The notes under the pieces were generated by a model. That model had not been told where the DNA came from, did no database searches, and was given only the letters and a program-made list of their open reading frames with translations. From assembly GCA_963713825.1 (NCBI GenBank), contig CAVQNG010000005.1, forward strand, positions 224,001 through 288,000: a DNA stretch of 64,000 nt. Reading direction: 5' to 3'. Position numbers and translations under genes: made by a program. This DNA is from an uncultured Acidobacteriota bacterium. Its GTDB lineage: Bacteria > Acidobacteriota > Thermoanaerobaculia > Multivoradales > JAHEKO01. Positions 60,408-64,000 of the stretch are shown in pieces (the first letter of the stretch is position 1; every line of letters begins with the position of its first letter).

Positions 60408-62618
60408 TCAACCCAGCTCGCGAAGAGCTGGGTCCTGCGGCCAACGGCGAAGAGCATCCTGTAACACGCTGTTGGCGACTGCCGGTTGACCGATACGGCG
60501 GAGGGTCTGGACGGCCTTGGCATGGGCCACCGCGGTGGGATTCTCCTCGACCATTCGTTGGAGGCTGGCTCGAGCCTGTTGCGAGTCGCCCTGCATGGTG
60601 TAGACCACGGCAAGACTGGTGAAGGCGTCCAGCTCTGTAGGGAACAGATCGGTCTCCTTGGCGTAGGCCTCGGTGGCCTTGTCGAGCTCTTCGAGTCGGG
60701 CGAAGCAGCTGCCTCGTAGGTAGTACGCACCACGAATCGACGGCCAGTCGGTCCGGTCACCGAACTCCGAGAGAAGCTCATCGGTGAGGTCCAGCGCCTC
60801 CCTGAAGCGGTTCTGGCTGAAGCGCAGCTCGGCGGCAGTGAGGAGTGGCCCCAGCCGGGAGCCACGGCGGGCTAGAGCCTCCTCGACGATCGGCGCAGCA
60901 CTGCCCAGGTCACCCTGGCGAATTCGAATCTGGGCCAGCACGTCGCGACTCTGCTCGTGACCGTCGACCGCCAGCTCGGCGTACTGCGCTGCCTCGTCGA
61001 GTCGCCCCAGACCGAGGAGCGCGGAAGCCATCGCGCCTGCTACCGGCGGAGAACCTCCTGATAGCTCCATGGCTCGTTCGAAGGCTTCGAGAGCCGCCTG
61101 TGTCTGTCCCATCGCCATACGCGCGTGGCCGAGCTGCTCCCAGGCATCGATCAGCTGCGGTTGTTTGTCGGCCACTGCCTGGAAGGCCTCCGCGGCCGCT
61201 TCGTAGCTACCCTGGGCGTAGGCCTCGAATGCGACCTTCAGCTCTTCGACGGTTGCCAGCTGGCTCTTGGGGTCGGCGAGATCGCCGCTGTCGCTGCCGA
61301 CGGTCGACCCCAGATACCCCAGAGCGGCCAGCCGGGCGCGAGTTTCGGCATCTTCCTCGGAAGGGGGAGCGAAACTCTGCTCGTAGGCGTCGAGATGCTG
61401 GCGCATCCTGCCGAGAGCACGGCGGTCGTCACGCAGGATGTTGTTGGTTTCTCCCGGATCCTGGTCGAGATGGTAGAGCTCCGGGTCGGGTCCCTGAATG
61501 TAGTGGTAGGGCGGGTCGACAACCGAGAAGAGCTCGCTCCACCCGAAGTGAAACCGCGGGAAGAAGGTCTCGGAGTAGATGGGGCGAGGCTCTCCCTCAT
61601 CCTCGCCGGCCAGCAGAGATCGGCCAGGCAGGTCTTGGGGAATGTCGATGTCGAGTAGAGCCGCGATTGTCGGGACGACGTCGATGAGGCCGACGGCCCG
61701 CTCGACCGTGGTTCCACCCTTGTCCGCAGAAGGCAATTTGAGAAGAAGCGGGATCTGCAGGGACTCTCGATAGAGCAACAGGCCATGCTCGTAGTCGCCA
61801 TGGTCGTACAGCCCCTCGCCGTGGTCGGAGGTAAGGATGATGATGGACGAGTCGTAGATGTCGAGCTTTTGGAGCTCATCGAGGAGCGCGCCGATCACCG
61901 CGTCGGCGGCCGCCACCTCGCCATCGTAGGCCGACTCGTAGCGTGAGGCGAAGGGCTCCGGAGGATCATGGGGAGCATGAGGCTCATAGATGTGAAAGAA
62001 GAAGAAGAAGGGCTCGCCGGCCACCGATTGAAGCCAGTCTCGCGCCGCAGCGAGGGTGTCGTGGCCGTCGCGCTGGACGTCGCTGAGCAGCGTCTTGGCG
62101 CCGATCACCAGGTGGTCGTCGTAGAAGTCGAATCCGGCATCGAGACCCGCCGTGGCTCGCAGAACGAAGGCCGACACTGCAGCACCCGTGCGGTAGCCGA
62201 GCTTCTCGAGCATCCTGGGAAGGTATGGCAGGCCTTCGGTCCTGAGGCGGTAGCCGGCATTGTCGCGCACTCCGTGCTCGGGCGGGTAGAGGCCCGTGAG
62301 CATGGAAACGTGTGCCGGCAGGGTAAGGGGTACTTGTGTATAGGCCTGGCGAAAGAGGATCGAGTCGGCCCTCAGGCGGTCGATCGCCGGCGTCGCGACC
62401 CGATCGTAGCCGTAGGCGGGGAGCCGGTCGGAGCGCAGGGTATCAATCGAGATCAGGATAACGGGGGTGCCCGATGCAGCCGACGGCCCTGCCGCCTGCC
62501 GGTCGCAGGAGAGAAGGCTGAGCCCCAACAGCGCGAGCCAACAAACAACCAGCCCGCGCTCGGTGATCGAGCGCAGGGCCGGAAGGGAACGACTTCGAAC
62601 GGTTTTCGTGGTGGCCAA
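60408..62618 (-). CDS. Sulfatase-like (alkaline phosphatase superfamily) TPR lipoprotein, intact
   Basis: Lipobox LLSC, ISIDTLRSD, TLPAH, HIYEPHAP, SDHGE, C-terminal TPRs; start uncertain. Confidence 0.9.
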   Translation of the reverse strand: MATTKTVRSRSLPALRSITERGLVVCWLALLGLSLLSCDRQAAGPSAASGTPVILISIDTLRSDRLPAYGYDRVATPAIDRLRADSILFRQAYTQVPLTLPAHVSMLTGLYPPEHGVRDNAGYRLRTEGLPYLPRMLEKLGYRTGAAVSAFVLRATAGLDAGFDFYDDHLVIGAKTLLSDVQRDGHDTLAAARDWLQSVAGEPFFFFFHIYEPHAPHDPPEPFASRYESAYDGEVAAADAVIGALLDELQKLDIYDSSIIILTSDHGEGLYDHGDYEHGLLLYRESLQIPLLLKLPSADKGGTTVERAVGLIDVVPTIAALLDIDIPQDLPGRSLLAGEDEGEPRPIYSETFFPRFHFGWSELFSVVDPPYHYIQGPDPELYHLDQDPGETNNILRDDRRALGRMRQHLDAYEQSFAPPSEEDAETRARLAALGYLGSTVGSDSGDLADPKSQLATVEELKVAFEAYAQGSYEAAAEAFQAVADKQPQLIDAWEQLGHARMAMGQTQAALEAFERAMELSGGSPPVAGAMASALLGLGRLDEAAQYAELAVDGHEQSRDVLAQIRIRQGDLGSAAPIVEEALARRGSRLGPLLTAAELRFSQNRFREALDLTDELLSEFGDRTDWPSIRGAYYLRGSCFARLEELDKATEAYAKETDLFPTELDAFTSLAVVYTMQGDSQQARASLQRMVEENPTAVAHAKAVQTLRRIGQPAVANSVLQDALRRWPQDPALRELG

Positions 62619-62650
62619 GAGCGCGACAGCTCGGAAGAGCTGCGGTCCTC

Positions 62651-63595
62651 CTATTCACCCTGCTGCAGATACTCCAGGAAGTCCCTGGCCTCGGTCGCGC
62701 GTGGCGTGTCGGGAGCGAGCTCGATGAGCTTCTCGAAATCGGCCGCTGCGGCATCGTTCTCACCCTTGTTGAGCAGCACCAGACCTCGGTAGTAGTAGGC
62801 GGCCGCGAGGTCGGGGAAGTTCCCGACGACTCTCTCGAACTCCACCAGCGCCTCGTCCAGATTACCGTCGTTGTAGAGATCGATGCCGACGTTCAAATAG
62901 GCATCGGCGTCGAGTAGCTCGCCTTCCGGGAGCTGATCCATGAAGACTTTTGCCTCGTCTGGGCGCCCCTGTGCCACCAACATGCTGCTCAGGAGCTTCA
63001 GAGCATCGATGTTGTCGGGCTCGATCTCCACGATCCGCCTCAGGGTTGCTTCGGCCTGTTCCAGGTTGTCTTCCTGGTAGTAGGTGCGGGCGATGCCCAT
63101 CAGCACGGGAGGGTGATTCTCCACGTCGAGCTCGGCCAGCGCGTTCTCATACTCGGCCCGAGCCTCGGTGGTCTTGCCTTCCTGCAGGAGCTGATTCCCT
63201 TGTTCGAGGAGCTCCACCGACAACTCGGCTGCGGCCTCGGCCAGCACTTCCGGCGGGATGGGTCGCAGAGTGACATTGACGGTGGCGGATCTACCGAACT
63301 CATTCGCCCCCACTGTTCCCTCTGAAGGGACATAGCCCGGAAACTCGATGCTGACGGTCCACATGCCGTTGGTCAGCCCAAGAAAACTCCACTTGCCCTT
63401 CGCGTTGGTGAAGAAGGGCTCGGGCCCCTCGCCGGCCCGGATGAGAGTGATCCTGGCGCCTTCGATGGGTTCGCCGTTTTCGTCCTTTACGGTGCCTTGT
63501 AAGCGGCCTCGCCCGGCCCAGCCCTGTGCCAGCACAGGGGTTGCCGCGACAGCCAGAAGTAGAGCTATCACTACCAGGGTTGCAACGTGTCGCAT
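62651..63595 (-). CDS. Exported protein with a carboxypeptidase-regulatory-like (transthyretin-like) domain and TPRs
   Basis: Signal peptide, G.V.D.NG.PI.GA.I.L...T.AKG.W.F.GL..G.W, TPRs; GAGGAG RBS. Confidence 0.88.
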   Translation of the reverse strand: MRHVATLVVIALLLAVAATPVLAQGWAGRGRLQGTVKDENGEPIEGARITLIRAGEGPEPFFTNAKGKWSFLGLTNGMWTVSIEFPGYVPSEGTVGANEFGRSATVNVTLRPIPPEVLAEAAAELSVELLEQGNQLLQEGKTTEARAEYENALAELDVENHPPVLMGIARTYYQEDNLEQAEATLRRIVEIEPDNIDALKLLSSMLVAQGRPDEAKVFMDQLPEGELLDADAYLNVGIDLYNDGNLDEALVEFERVVGNFPDLAAAYYYRGLVLLNKGENDAAAADFEKLIELAPDTPRATEARDFLEYLQQGE

Positions 63596-63679
63596 GCTGA
63601 TCTCCTCATGGAATGTGGGCCGACGATCTGCCTCCAGCGGGGGGAGTGCCGCCGGCCAAAGACGGGCCGAGTTTAGCAG

Positions 63680-63710
63680 AAAAAAAAGCCGGGGGCTCGA
63701 GGCCCCCGGC
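63680..63710 (-). terminator. Rho-independent terminator after the TonB-dependent receptor gene
   Basis: Minus strand GCCGGGGGC-CTCGA-GCCCCCGGC followed by T8. Confidence 0.9.
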
Positions 63711-63739
63711 GGGAAAAACAAGTGCTGCAGTACTAGGAC

Positions 63740-64000
63740 TTACCGCCAGTTCAAGCGGACACCGAGTCGGAAGACCCGAGGTGCCAGCGAGGTACTGATC
63801 CACCCCACGTTGCTGGAGGTGGTGTTGCGGAAGCGATCCAGTACGACACCGTCGTTGAAGATATTGAAGGCATCGATCGAGAAGGTCAGGCCGAGGTTAC
63901 CCGTCGTCCTGAACTCTTTTTCGAGCCGCATATCCATGGAGAACAGATCCTCCATTCGGTAGTCGTCGATGCTCGGAGCACCCTGAATCGACCGTGAAAT
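63740..64000 (-). CDS. C-terminus of an Oar-like TonB-dependent receptor (5' part outside the window)
   Basis: DMRLEKEF...IDAFNIFN...PRVFRLGVRLNWR, an outer-membrane beta-barrel C-terminal pattern. Confidence 0.8.
   Translation of the reverse strand: MSRSIQGAPSIDDYRMEDLFSMDMRLEKEFRTTGNLGLTFSIDAFNIFNDGVVLDRFRNTTSSNVGWISTSLAPRVFRLGVRLNWR

Overview
GC-rich bacterial chromosomal window. Gene content suggests Acidobacteriota, possibly Thermoanaerobaculia-like (inference). The left 45 kb is mostly housekeeping and envelope genes: a truncated DAACS symporter, folK, an FYDLN protein, lolA, tgt-yajC-secD-secF, rel, rpmB, pilMNOPQ followed by three lipoproteins (two with Ig-like folds), a TPR plus MglC-like roadblock pair, accB-accC, an NSS transporter with its small MetS-type subunit, aroK, a metallophosphoesterase, a complete ccmABCDEFGHI operon, a HEAT-cyclophilin, an ECF sigma/ZAS anti-sigma pair, hbd and proS. 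The right 19 kb is an uncharacterised cluster of exported proteins: three CRTAC1/FG-GAP-ASPIC proteins coupled to TPR proteins, two sulfatase-like TPR fusions, a CarboxypepD_reg-TPR protein and the 3' end of a TonB-dependent receptor. Other points of note: all three sulfatase-like proteins in the window carry a T-x-P-x-H motif instead of the formylglycine motif; a ~680-nt highly structured, G-run-rich intergenic element; a ComEA-like insertion in SecF; and three apparent frameshifts that may be assembly errors. No rRNA, tRNA, CRISPR array or transposase was recognised.
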